Below, piece after piece: positions 1 through 11,882 of a DNA stretch of 64,000 nucleotides; the stretch's first letter is position 1; every line of letters starts with the position of its first letter. The stretch lies in assembly GCF_030684315.1 (NCBI RefSeq), contig NC_081361.1, positions 90,886,104 to 90,950,103 of the forward strand, in the 5' to 3' direction. The DNA comes from Stegostoma tigrinum. Lineage: Eukaryota. The notes under the pieces are model-generated. The model saw only the letters and a list, made by a program, of their open reading frames with translations. It was not told where the DNA came from and ran no database searches. The translations under genes and the position numbers were made by a program.

Positions 1-18
1 AGTTTTTCCAGCAACTTA

Positions 19-1214
19 CATAGAACATAGAACATTACAGCACAGTACAGGCCCTTCGGCCCTCGATGTTGTGCCAACCTGTCATACCGATCTCAAGCCC
101 ATCTAACCTACACTATTCCATGTACGTCCATATGCTTATCCAATGACAACTTAGATGTACCTAAAGTTGGCGAATCTACTACCGTTGCAGGCAAAGTGTT
201 CCATTCCCTTACTACTCTCTGAGTAAAGAAACTACCTCTGACATCTATCCTGTATCTTTCACCCCTCAATTTAAGGCTATGCCCCCTCGTGCTCGCTGTC
301 ACCATCCTAGGAAAAAGGATCTCCCTATCCACCCTATCTAACCCTCTGATTATCTTATATGTCTCAATTAAATCACCTCTCAACCTCCTTCTCTCTAATG
401 AAAACAGCCTCAAGTCCCTCAGCCTTTCCTCGAAAGACCTTCCCTCCATTCCAGGCAACATCCTAGTAAATCTCCACTGCACCCTTTCCAAAGCTTCCAC
501 ATCCTTCTTATAGTGCGGTGACCAGAACTGCACGCAATACTCCAAGTGCGGCTGCACCAGAGTTTTGTACAGCTGCAGCATAACCTCTTGGTTCCGGAAC
601 TCAATCCCTCTATTAATAAAAGCTAAAACACGGTATGCCTTCTTAACAGCCCTGTCAACCTGGGTGGCAACTTTCAAGGATCTGTGTACATGGACACTGA
701 GATCTCTCTGCTCATCTACACTACTAAGAATCTTACCATTAGCCCAGTACTTTGCCTTCCAGTTACTCCTACAAATGTGCATCACCTCACACTTATCTGC
801 ATTAAACTTCATTTGCCACCTCTCAGCCCAGCTCCGCAGCTTATCTATGTCTCTCTGCAACCTATAGCATCCTTCGTCACTATCCACAACTCCACCGACC
901 TTAGTGTCATCTGCAAATTTACTAACCCATCCTTCTATGCCCTCATCCAGGTCATTTATAAAAATGACAAACAGCAGTGGACCCAACACTGACCCTTGCG
1001 GTACACCACTAGAAACTGGTCTCCAGGATGAACATTTCCCATCAACTACCACCCTCTGTCTTCTTTCAGCAAGCCAATTACCGATCCAAACTGCTATATC
1101 TCCTACAATTCCATTCCTCCGCATTTTGTACAATAGCCTACTGTGGGGAACCTTATCGAACGCCTTGCTGAAATCCATATACACCACATCAACCGGTTTA
1201 CTCTCATCTACCTG
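19..1214 (-). mobile_element. CR1-clade LINE, 3' part (RT C-terminus + 3' UTR), young
   Basis: ORF 108..1187 with DFSKAFDKVPH, GVPQGSVLGP, FADD; short tandem (ATGTTCT-type) 3' tail. Confidence 0.95.
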
Positions 1215-1312
1215 AGATTATGGGAACTGCAGATGCTGGAGAACCCAAGATAATAAAATGTGAGGCTGGATGAACACAGCAGGCCAAGCAGCATCACAGG
1301 AGCACAAAAGCT

Positions 1313-1340
1313 GACGTTTCGGGCCTAGACCCTTCATCAG
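1313..1340 (-). ncRNA. Minimal hammerhead ribozyme motif in Penelope-like terminus
   Basis: CUGAUGA-A-GGGUCUAGGCCC-GAA-ACGU-C. Confidence 0.75.
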
Positions 1341-1567
1341 AGAGGGGGATGGGGTGAGGGTTCTGGAATAAATAGGGAGAGAGGGGGAGGCGGACCGAAG
1401 ATGGAGAGAAAAGAAGATAGGTGGAGAGAGTATAGGTGGGGAGGTAGGGAGGGGATAGGTCAGTCCAGGGAAGATGGACAGGTCAAGGAGGTGGGATGAG
1501 GTTAGAAGGTAGGAGATGGGGGTGCGGCTTGGGGTGGGAGGAAGGGATGGGTGGGAGGAAGAACAGG

Positions 1568-2938
1568 TTAGGGAGGCAGAGACAGGTTGGACTGGTTTTG
1601 GGATGCAGTGGATGGAGGGGAAGAGCTGGGCTGGCTGTGTAGTGCAGTGGGGGGAGGGGATGAACTGGGCTGGTTTAGGGATGCGGTGGGGGAAGAGGAG
1701 ATTTTGAAGCTCGAGAAGTCCACATTGATACCATTAGGCTGCAGGGTTTCCAAGCGGAATATGAGTTGCTGTTCCTGCAACCTTCGGGTGGCATCACTGT
1801 GGCACTGCAGGAGGCCCATGATGGACATGTCATCTAAAGAATGGGAGGGGGAGTGGAAATGGTTTGCGACTGGGAGGTGCAGTTGTTTGTTGCGAACCGA
1901 GCGGAGGTGTTCTGCAAAGCGGTCCCCAAGCCTCCGCTTGGTTTCTCCAATGTAGCGGAAGCCACACCGGGTACAGTGGATGCAGTATACCACATTGGCA
2001 GATGTGCAGGTGAACCTCTGCTTAATGTGGAATGTCATCTTGGGGCCTGGGATAGGGCTGAGGGAGGAGGTGTGGGGGCAAGTGTAGCATTTCCTGCGTT
2101 TGCAGGGGAAGGTGCCGGGTGTGGTGGGGTTGGAGGGCAGTGTGGAGTGAAGAAGGGAGTCACAGAGAGAGTGGTCTCTCCGGAAAGCAGACAGGGGTGG
2201 GGATGGAAAAATGTCTTGGGTGGTGGGGTCGGATTGTAGATGGCGGAAGTGTCGGAGGATGATGCGTTGTATCCGGAGGTTGGTGGGGTGGTGTGTGAGA
2301 ACGAGGGGGATCCTCTTAGGGCGCTTGTGGCAGGGGCGGGGTGTGAGGGATGTGTTGCGGGAAATGTGGGAGACGCGGTCAAGGGCGTTCTCGATCACTG
2401 TGGGGGGAAAGTTGTGGTCCTTGAAGATCTTGGACATCTGGGATGTGCGGGAGTGGAATGTCTTATCGTGGGAGCAGATGCGGCGGAGGCGGAGGAATTG
2501 GAAATAGGGGATGGAATTTTTGCAGGAGGGTGGGTGGGAGGAGGTGTATTCTAGGTAGCTGTGGGAGTCGTTGGGCTTGAAATGGACATCAGTTACAAGC
2601 TGGTTGCCTGAGATGGAGACTGAGAGATCCAGGTAGGTGAGGGATGTGCTGGAGATGGCCCAGGTGAACTGAAGGTTGGGGTGGAAGGTGTTGGTGAAGT
2701 GGATGAACTGTTCGAGCTCCTCTGGGGAGCAAGAGGCGGCGCCAATACAGTCATCAATGTAACGGAGGAAGAGGTGGGGTTTGGGGCCTGTGTAGGTGCG
2801 GAAGAGGGACTGTTCCACGTAACCTACAAAAAGGCAGGCATAGCTGGGGCCCATGCGGGTGCCAATGGCTACCCCCTTAGTCTGTAGGAAGTGGGAGGAG
2901 TCGAAAGAGAAGTTGTTGAGGGTGAGGACGAGTTCGGC
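1568..2938 (-). CDS. Penelope-like polyprotein fragment: RT motifs B'/C, thumb, Cys-rich linker, GIY-YIG endonuclease
   Basis: Open from AELVLTLNNF through GVAIGTRMGP, RYIDD, CKRRKCYTC, VVYCIHC..YIGETKRRLGDRFAEH, E and N motifs. Confidence 0.92.
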   Translation of the reverse strand, partial: AELVLTLNNFSFDSSHFLQTKGVAIGTRMGPSYACLFVGYVEQSLFRTYTGPKPHLFLRYIDDCIGAASCSPEELEQFIHFTNTFHPNLQFTWAISSTSLTYLDLSVSISGNQLVTDVHFKPNDSHSYLEYTSSHPPSCKNSIPYFQFLRLRRICSHDKTFHSRTSQMSKIFKDHNFPPTVIENALDRVSHISRNTSLTPRPCHKRPKRIPLVLTHHPTNLRIQRIILRHFRHLQSDPTTQDIFPSPPLSAFRRDHSLCDSLLHSTLPSNPTTPGTFPCKRRKCYTCPHTSSLSPIPGPKMTFHIKQRFTCTSANVVYCIHCTRCGFRYIGETKRRLGDRFAEHLRSVRNKQLHLPVANHFHSPSHSLDDMSIMGLLQCHSDATRRLQEQQLIFRLETLQPNGINVDFSSFKISSSPTASLNQPSSSPPPTALHSQPSSSPPSTASQNQSNLSLPP

Positions 2939-3326
2939 TACTCATATTCCGCTTGGGAACCCTGCAGCCTAATGGTATCAATGTGGACTTCTCGAGCTTC
3001 AAAATCTCCCCTTCCCCCTCCGCATCCCTAAACCAGCCCAGCTCTTCCCCTCCACCCACTGCATCCCAAAACCAGTCCAACCTGTCTCTGCCTCCCTAAC
3101 CTGTTCTTCCTCCCACCCATCCCTTCCTCCCACCCCAAGCCGCACCCCCATCTCCTACCTACTAACCTCATCCCACCTCCTTGACCTGTCCGTCTTCCCT
3201 GGACTGACCTATCCCCTCCCTACCTCCCCACCTATACTCTCTCCACCTATCTTCTTTTCGCTCCATCTTCGGTCCGCCTCCCCCTCTCTCCCTATTTATT
3301 CCAGAACCCTCGCCCCATCCCCCTCT

Positions 3327-3354
3327 CTGATGAAGGGTCTAGGCCCGAAACGTC
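3327..3354 (+). ncRNA. Minimal hammerhead ribozyme motif (inverted arm)
   Basis: ctgatgaagggtctaggcccgaaacgtc. Confidence 0.75.
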
Positions 3355-3418
3355 AGCTTTTGTGCTCCTGAGATGCTGCTTGGCCTGCTGTGTTCATCCA
3401 GCCTCACATTTTATTATC

Positions 3419-3868
3419 TTACTCTAATCTACCTGTTTGGTCACCATCTCAAAGAACTCAATAAGGTTTGTGAGGCACGACCTTCCCTTCACAAAACCGT
3501 GCTGACTATCCCTAATCAATTTATTCTTTTCTAGATGATTATAAATCCTATCCCTTATAATCTTTTCCAACACTTTACCAACAACTGAGGTAAGGCTCAC
3601 TGGTCTATAATTACCAGTGTTGTCTCTACTCCCCTTCTTGAACAGGGGAACCACATTTGCTATCTTCCAGTCATCTGGCACTATTCCTGTAGACAATGAC
3701 GAGTTAAAGATCAATGCCAAAGGCTCGGCAATCTCCTCCCTGGCTTCCCAGAGGATCCGAGGATAAATCCCATCCGGCCCAGGGGAATCATCTATCTTCA
3801 CACTCTGTAGAATTTCTAATACCTCTTCCTTGTGAACCTCAATCCCACCTAGTCTCGTAGCCTGTATT
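3419..3868 (-). mobile_element. CR1 LINE, upstream part of the same copy as 19-1214
   Basis: ORF 3424..3801 SPGPDGIYPRIL...NYRPVSLTS...QHGFVKGRSCLTNL; continues in frame into 1214 after removing the Penelope-like insert. Confidence 0.93.
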
Positions 3869-4587
3869 TGTTATGGGCAACAAATGCTGGCCAGCCAGTG
3901 ATGCCCAGATCCCAGAAGTAAATAAAAACAATCTAGAATTCTCAAGCTCTGGTGTCAAACATTAAGAATGAATACCTGATCAGTATTTGGGGTGGTAAGG
4001 CTTTAACTCAGTAGTAATTAAATCATCCTAAAAAGAATCATTGACATTTACTCAATATAGTCCACTCTGCTACAGTGCACAGATGTCACAAGATTCATAA
4101 TTTTGTATCTGTACTGTGCACTTGGGGGAATTTTTCGACAAGTCTGCATTCTCATCCATGATCTTCCTATATTTGTAACTGGTTTAGCTATTTTTTGATT
4201 TCTGCATTTGTCCTTGGTTATTGCAAATTGTCTGATATCACTTTATTGGGCGAAATAATTTTAACAGTGGCTGTCTCAATCATTTTGCCTCTTTCCCTCT
4301 TCCTTGCACCCTGCTGCCCTCACTGTTCTGTCCTCCCACCATGCTCCATTGACCTTTGTCCATTGTTTGTTTATTGAGAATATAGAGTCTGAGTGGGTTT
4401 CTTAAACATGCGCAACATCAAGCAAAGAGCCAACACATGGAGGTATCCTAACTTCTAATGTGTCAGGGTGTAACTTCTTGCTGTACTGCGTTTGCATGTC
4501 ACATGTGATTTTATGTTTTCCTTCAACAGTCTGGGACTTAAACCAATGCATGTAGCTCCCCAGGTTGTGAGACATATTCAGGATGAT

Positions 4588-4850
4588 GAAATCCTACAGT
4601 GCAGAAAGAAGCCATCAAATCTACATTGACCCTCCAAAGAACATCCCACCCTTGCCCTATAGCCCTACATTTTCCTCTGGCTAATCCACCTAGCCAGCGC
4701 AACCCTGGAACACTGTGAGGCAACTTAGCATGGCCAGTCCACCTAACCTGAAAATCTTTGGACTGCAGGAGAAACCCATGCATGGGGAGAATATGCAAAC
4801 TCCACATAGACAGTCGCCCGAGGCTGGAATTGAACACAAGTCCCTGGTTT
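4588..4850 (-). mobile_element. HE1/V-SINE
   Basis: Reverse complement matches 6136-6455. Confidence 0.75.
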
Positions 4851-4895
4851 AAGGTTCATGCGAAAATTTACAGCTCGGGTTGTGGATGAGGTTGC

Positions 4896-5064
4896 GAGAT
4901 AACAAACTGTGGAGCTGGATGAACACAGCAGGCCAAGCAGCATCTTAGGAGCACAAAAGCTGACATTTCGGGCCTAGACCCTTCTGATGAAGGGCCTGCT
5001 GTGTTCATCCAGCTCCTCACTTTGTCATCTCGGATTCTCTAACATCTGCAGTTCCCATTATCTC
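4896..5064. mobile_element. Short Penelope-like insertion made of two inverted termini
   Basis: Minus arm 4896-4984 joined to a plus arm ending ...gttcccattatctc; internal deletion in the plus arm. Confidence 0.85.
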
Positions 5065-6135
5065 GGTGACTATATGCGAAATGGGCTAGCAGTATAACTC
5101 TGCCAACAATAGTTTTATTTCAAGGGAGAAATTCCTGAAAATACAAAGCTTTAGAATTCTAATCCACTCTCCTTCCAATTTAGGCTACTCTCTAACGCTG
5201 TGCGTTTCGGGGTGGATAGGAAGCTGCATCTGGAGTACTGTGCACAGTTTTGTTGCAGTATGGTTGCAATTAAATATTAATATCATTTGCCACAGGGCAG
5301 TCTTTTAAGTTTTTCTTTATAGAAGATACCCACTTGTTGATACCACAAATTATTGATTGACATGCTTAGGAGAAGGACCAAAACTCCTATTTGAAAAAAA
5401 GGTGGAGAAAAAGGTCATTGAATATTTTTAAGGCAGAGGCAGTTAGATTCTGGACTAATAAAGGAGTGAAAGGTTGTTAGGCATGGGGAGAAAAATAGAC
5501 AGTGGCTACAATTAGAGTAGCCATGAGTGCGTTGAATGGCAGTGCATGCTAGTGGGCATGAAGGAGCAGTGGGCATTCATGTTCCTAATTTATAAGTTGA
5601 GGTCAATTACTATATACCACCTCACCTGGCAATTATAGTTTGGTGGGGTGTAAGAGACTGCATTAAGTTACTTAATCATGATACTTCAAAATATATTCAA
5701 AGACTCTTTCTTCACTGCTTTTTTACTACCAAATATTTGTGATCCTTTGTCGGAAAATATTTTCTTCATCTAAAATGGGTGAATCAGTCTCTCGAGTCTT
5801 CTACATTCATGCAGCCAAGGCCCGTCTGGGATCTTGCATGTTTCAATCAAGTTATTCCTACTTATCAAAATTCCAATGGCTACATATCTAGTCTGTACAA
5901 CTTTTCCTCATAACACAAGGTATTTGTCTAGTAAACCTCCTCTGAACTACTTCCAATGTATTTACATCCTTCCTTAAACAAGGAAATCGATGCTGTGTAG
6001 AGTAGATCAGGTGTAGTATGATCAATGCCCTTTGTAATGGAAGCATAAACTTTCAGCTTTTATATTCGATTCTTTTCAAATTAAACAATTACATTTTATT
6101 AGCTTTACTAATAAAATAGCACCACTAATAAGGGA

Positions 6136-6455
6136 TGGCATGGTGGCTCAGTGGTTAGCACTGCAGCCTCACAGCACCAGGGACCCAGGTTTGATTCCAA
6201 CTTCGGGCGACTGTCTGTGTAGAGTTTGCACGTTCTCCCTGTGTCTGTATGAGTTTCCTCCGGGTGCTCCGGTTTCCGCCCACAGTCCAAAAGATGTACA
6301 GGCTAGCTGGATCAGCTGTGCTAAATTGCCAATACTGTTCAGGGGTGTGTGGGTTGTAGGGTTATAGGGGGATGGATCTGGGTGGGATGCTTCAAGGGGC
6401 AGTGTGGACTTGTTGGGCCAAAGGGCCTGTTTCCACACTGTAGGGAATCGAATCT
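6136..6455 (+). mobile_element. tRNA-derived HE1/V-SINE, full length
   Basis: A box TGGCTCAGTGG 6144-6154, B box GGTTTGATTCC 6188-6198, V-domain tgtgtagagtttgcacgttctcc, CR1-like tail. Confidence 0.85.
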
Positions 6456-7546
6456 AATTATTTTTTGTATCTACAAACTAACCTTTTGTGATTCATGCAG
6501 TATGGCATCCAGATCCCTCTTCATTTCTCAAATAATCAATAAGTTTGGCAATCATATCTATGGTCCATTCATCCAAATAATTTAGGTAAGTTATAAAATA
6601 AAGTCGAGGACCCCAGCACTGATCCCAGTGGCACATCATTCAGTACACTTTACTAACCAAAAATGAGCCATGTATTGTTTCCTGTTGGCTAGACAATCTT
6701 CTGACCATGCTGATATGTTATCGCCTAAGCTATGAACTTTAATTTTTCACAATAATCTTCAATGTGGCACCTTAGTAAATGCCTTCTGGAACTCCAAGTA
6801 TATTACATCCATTACCTCCCTGTCATCCACAGTATATGTTTTCTCCTCTAAGAACCCTAACAAATGGTTAAACGTTATTTCCTTTCACACAACCTTGTTG
6901 ACTTTTCCTAATTATGTTGCATTTTAGATGTCCTATTATAATGACTAATAACTGCTTCTTACATCCTTCCTATGACAGGTGTTAAGTAAACTGGGCCTAT
7001 AGGCTCCTGTTTCCATTCTTGTGTGAATAAAGGAGGTGTAATCACTATTTTCCAAGCTAATGGATCTTTTCTTGAAACTAGGGAATTTGGGAAGAATAAA
7101 AGCAATACATCGACTATCTTACTAGACACTTCTTTTAAGACTCTCAGATGATGTTCATCAGGACCCGTGGACTTGTCAGTTTGTGGCTGTAACAAATTGC
7201 TCGGTAATATTATTCCAGTGATGATAATTTTCTTGAGTTCCTCTCCTAATTCCTGATTTACAACTATTACTAGGATGTTACTTGTATCCTCTACAGTGAA
7301 GTATGATACAAAATACCTGTTCATCTGCCAACTCTTTATTTTCTACTATTAATTTCCCAGTCTCAGTTTCAAAGAAACATTTGTTTTGTTACTTTTGCTT
7401 TTGAAATCTGTAGAAAATCTTATTATCTTTATTTTTCTAGCTAGTTCTCTCCAGATCTGTAATTTTTCCCTCCCTAATACTGTATCACACTTTTTTTTAT
7501 ATTCTTTATTCTGTATTCTGATCAACCTTCTAACGTGCCACTCATC

Positions 7547-7910
7547 TTATGGCTTAGAAAGGGTGGACGCTGGGAAGTAGTTTCTGTTAGACATGGACAC
7601 TCGGACCCATGGGCACAGCCTGAGAATTAGAGGGGGTAAATTTAAAATTGAAATTAGGAGAAATTTCTTTAGCCAGAGAGTGCTGGGCCTGTGGAATTCA
7701 TTGACACAGAGTGCAGCGGAGGCCGGGACATTAAATGTCTTCAAGGCAGAGATCAATAAATTCTTGATCTCACAGGGAATCAAGGGTTATGGGGAGACTG
7801 CAGGGAAGTGGAGTTGAAATGCCCATCAGCCATGATTTAAAAGGCGGAGTGGGCTCGATGGGCCGAATGGCCTTACTTCCACTCCTATGTCTTATGGTTT
7901 TATGATCTTA
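7547..7910 (+). mobile_element. CR1 3' fragment nested in older CR1
   Basis: ORF 7593..7817 TRTHGHSLRIRGGKFKIEIRRNFFSQRV; tcttatgg tail repeats. Confidence 0.85.
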
Positions 7911-8439
7911 TCTTTGCTCGATTACATGCTTTCTCCTATGTATGGTCTTTGACTTTTTTAGTTAATCATCAATAATGGGTCTTCACATGCAATTGTTCTT
8001 TTATTGCAAAGAAGCTTCATGTTTTATATTTAATACTGTTTGAAGGAATTACGTTTTGAAGGATTGCAGAAAAGTAACATACCATCTTTCTGGATTTACC
8101 TCAAATAATTTCTTTTAAAGAGGTAATTTAAAGTTTCTATGCATATTGGACATTTTTTCAATAAGATTTCTCAGAAATCACATGACTGTTAAAAGCAGCT
8201 TGCCTAGCTATAGACTCGCTCCGGAAGAGCCTATTCTCTGTCTTTTCACCTTCAGTAATAACCCATTGCACAGAGTGTTGTCTTTAAACAGCAATTCTCT
8301 GTAGAGAATTTTTTTTCTCTGTTATCTCCCAAGACATTCACACAAAATGGCATGAGTGGGATGATGTACTTGCTTGTTTACTGATTGTGTATGTTATCGA
8401 AAAATTGTTCCCTTATTGTAAAATATTGATGAATCAATA

Positions 8440-11400
8440 ATTCTGTTATTGGTCCTCAGTAGTCCCCAGTATTTCAAACATCTATCACCTCTTTAAACAC
8501 TTCCAGTGATATAGTCTCCTACCTCTCTGGGGTAGAGAAATCTAGACAATTACCACCCTCTGGGAGAAGAAATTCCTTCACACCTCAGTTTTAAATGAGT
8601 ATCCCTTATCCTACAACTATATTTCTAGTTCAATAGTTCCCCAATAATGGAAAATCTTCTCAACATCTATTTTTTCAAGTCCCCTCAGCATTTAATGTGT
8701 TTTAACAAAATCATCCCTCATTCTTCTAAATTCTAATGAATAAAAGCCTCACCTGTTTAGCTGTACTTGGTAAGCCAGCACCAGTTCAATCTCTTTTGAA
8801 CTGTCTCCAATTCTAAATCTCCTTTTTCAAAATACAGGGACCAAACCTATCCACAATACTCCAAGTGTAACCTCATCAACCTGTGGAGCTGTAACAAGAC
8901 TTCCCGATTTTTAAACCCCAAACTCTAAGCAATAAAGGCCAAATTTACATTTGCCTTATTAATTTTGCGCTTCATTCACAAGACCCTCTATGGTGCCCTC
9001 TTCAGAGTCTCTCTCTATTGAATTAAGAGTCTACCTAACTATCAAAATGCATAACCTCATACTTTCCTACTCTTAACTGCCAGGCTTTTGCCCATTCACT
9101 CCATCTATCTATACTTCTTAAGAGATTCTGTATATCCTCATTACAACATGCCCTCCCATCTATTGTTGTACTGTCATCAAATTAGAATAAATAACACTCT
9201 TACCCTCCTCAAAGTCATTAATATAGATAGTAAGTAATTGAGACCCTAGGATTGACCATTGTGGCAGTCCACTAGTTATGTTTTTCCAATATGAAAAAGA
9301 CTCATTAATCCCAACTCTGTCTTCTGAATGTTAAACAATCAATCCCAATTCATATTAACACGTGACCCCCAATTCCCTACACTCTGATCTTCTGCAATGA
9401 CCTTTTATGTGGTATCTTTTCTAATGCCTTTTGAAAACCCAAATACACTACATCCACCAGTTCTCCTTTTTTCAACTCTGCGTGCCATAACCTCAAAGAA
9501 CTCTGGGAAATTTGACAAATGTACTCCCATTAACAAAACCATATTGATCCCGTTTAATAGCTTTTATTTAAATACCCTGCTATTTATTCCTTAGAGAGGG
9601 ACTGTAGCATTTTCCCAATGACAGATGTTAGGCCATCTACTGGCCTATAGTACTTGCTTTTTGTTTCTATCTCTTCTTGAACAGGGGTATCATTTGATGA
9701 ATTTCCAGCCCACTGGAATGTCAGGAGTTTTTGGAATATTCTGAACAATGCCACCACTATGGAACAACAGGATCCCTAGTGTGGAAGCAGGCCATTTGGC
9801 CCATTGAATCCAAACTGACTCTCTGAAGAGCATTCCACCCAGACCCTCCCTATCCCTGTAACTGAGCATTCGCCATGGCTAATCCCCCTGTACACTTTGA
9901 GCAATTTATCATGGCTAATCAACCTAACATGCATATCTTTGAACTGATGGAGGAAACCTCAGCACCCAAAGGAAATGCACTGGCACAAATGGAGAATATG
10001 CAAAGCCCACATGGGCAATCACCCAAGGATGGAATCAAACCTGGGTCCCTGGCACTGAAAGGCAGCAGTGCTAACCACTGAGCTACCATACTACCCCACT
10101 ATCTCTGCAGCTGCGCCCTTTAAACAAAATGGGCGCAGGATATGAAGTCATGGAGCCTTTAGCCCTGTCAATTTGTCAAATACTTTGTCCTTTGTGGTAG
10201 AAACTGTTACAATTTCTTTCCTCCATCCTATTAGCACCATGTTTATCTGTTATCATTGGGATCTTTTATCGTGTCTTCCATCATGAAGACCTATTGTTTA
10301 CATTATGTGCCATTTTCCTGTTCCCCATTATTAATTATCCAGTTCCATCATCCAATGATCCCACAAATCCTTTAGCTACTCTCTTTAACATATTATATAC
10401 ATGCACATATATGTGTATATATATTTGTATATATATTTGTGCTGTTCATTCTTACATCTCTTGCCAATCTATTTTCATAATCCATTTTCTCCCTCTGTTA
10501 CTTTTTTATTCATCCACTGCCTGTACCTAAGAAAGTTCCCAATCCTCTGGCCTTCCATTAGTTTTTGCCACTTTGCATATCATCAGTTTTGATTGTACTG
10601 TCTCCGTGACCACTCTTGTTAACTGTTCTCACCCTTCTCATTGAGTCTTTTATTGGTTAGAATAATTTTTTGCCAAACGTTATGAAATATCTGCTTAAAT
10701 GCCTGCTCATCCACTAACTTTCTCTTTAATCTATTTCCAAGCCCGCTAAGGATAAATCCTTTTTTCACATCTCTATAATCACCCTTGTTTAAGTTAAGGA
10801 CACAGGTCTGAGGCCTGACCGCTCCCTCAGACTGAATTTGAAATTCTACCGTGTTGCGATTGCTACATCCCAGAAGATCCTTAACTATGAGAGATCTTAA
10901 TAATCCTACCTTATTACACATTACTGGATCTAAAACGACCTGTTCCCAGGAAGCTTCTACAATGTGCTGTTCTGAGAAACAATCCCTGATGTACTCTACA
11001 AATTCATTATGCAAGTTAGCCTTGTCCATCCGATTTAACTGGCCCAAATGCAAATTGGATTCACTCATGACAATTGTTGTGCTCTTTTCACAAGCATCCA
11101 TTATTTCCCAATTTATACTTTGTCCTACAGTGAGGCAATCTCTGAAAATTGATAGACAGCTCCCAGCTGTCATTTCTTTCCATTGCTTTTCCTTATTTAC
11201 ACCCAAACTGATTCTACATCACAATCTATCGCATCTATATCACTAGTCACCAGCACACTGCACCTCCTTTGCACTGCACCAAGCCACTCCACCCACTTTC
11301 CTTTTTGCTTACTCCTCCTCCGAAATATCAAATATTCTTGAACATTGAGTTCCCGGTCTTGGTTATCATGCAACCACATATCCATAATGGCTGTTAACAT

Positions 11401-11500
11401 ACATTCATTTATTTCTATTTGTGCCATCAACTCACCTTTCTTGTTACAAATGCTGTGTGCATTCAAATAAGGAGCCTTTAGCATTAATGTTTTAACCATT
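8440..11500 (-). mobile_element. Old CR1 LINE including endonuclease-region remnants
   Basis: ORFs 11197..11499 (YLNAHSICNK) and 10619..11206 (LDPVMCN...LGCSN); RT-region DNA similar to 19-1214. Confidence 0.75.
9770..10096 (-). mobile_element. HE1/V-SINE inserted in old CR1
   Basis: cagtgctaaccactgagctacc head and V-domain on minus. Confidence 0.8.
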
Positions 11501-11559
11501 TGTCTTATTTTGCTTCAAAGTTTTTGCTGCATTCTTCAATTTTCTACCCCTTTGTCATC

Positions 11560-11882
11560 ATCATAGACCCCTCCTATCCTGGTTATAATCTCTTTCAACC
11601 TCTTCCATCAGGCAGTAGATACAAAAGCTTAAACACATGAACCAACAGATTCAAGGACAGCTTCTTCCTTGTTGCTATTAGGTTTCTGAATGGATCTATC
11701 AAATTTTAAACCTAATGTTGATCTTGCTTTTTGTGCATCTTCTTTGCAACCAAATGTTTGTATTCCTCGCTCTAGCCTATCACCCTATGATCTTTGTATG
11801 TTATGATCTGCCTGAACTACGTGCAAAACACAACTTTTCACTGTACTTAGTTACATGTGACAACAATACATCAAATCAAAAT
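11560..11882 (+). mobile_element. Rex1/Babar-type LINE 3' end (shorter copy about 45040-45213)
   Basis: Degenerate DPSYPG..LFQPLPSG.RYKSL...TNRFKDSFF; tail acatgtgacaa..atcaaatcaaa. Confidence 0.7.

Larger units (their letters stand above)
1215..3420 (-). mobile_element. Neptune-type Penelope-like element, 5'-truncated, with inverted terminal arm (2940-3420, + strand)
   Basis: RT/GIY-YIG ORF on minus; inverted copy of the 3' end; TSD ttactctc/aatctacctg at 1198-1214 and 3419-3435. Confidence 0.93.
5780..8000 (-). mobile_element. Old degenerate CR1 LINE with nested SINE and CR1
   Basis: ORF 6959..7324 (DKSTGPDEHHLRVLKEV...WKIVITPPLF). Confidence 0.7.

Noticed and set aside
1516-2887. Multiple Gly/Trp-rich plus-strand ORFs
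   Set aside because: Antisense shadows of the C-rich Penelope-like ORF
6136-6210. tRNA genes at SINE heads
   Set aside because: A/B boxes run directly into V-SINE bodies; no complete cloverleaf
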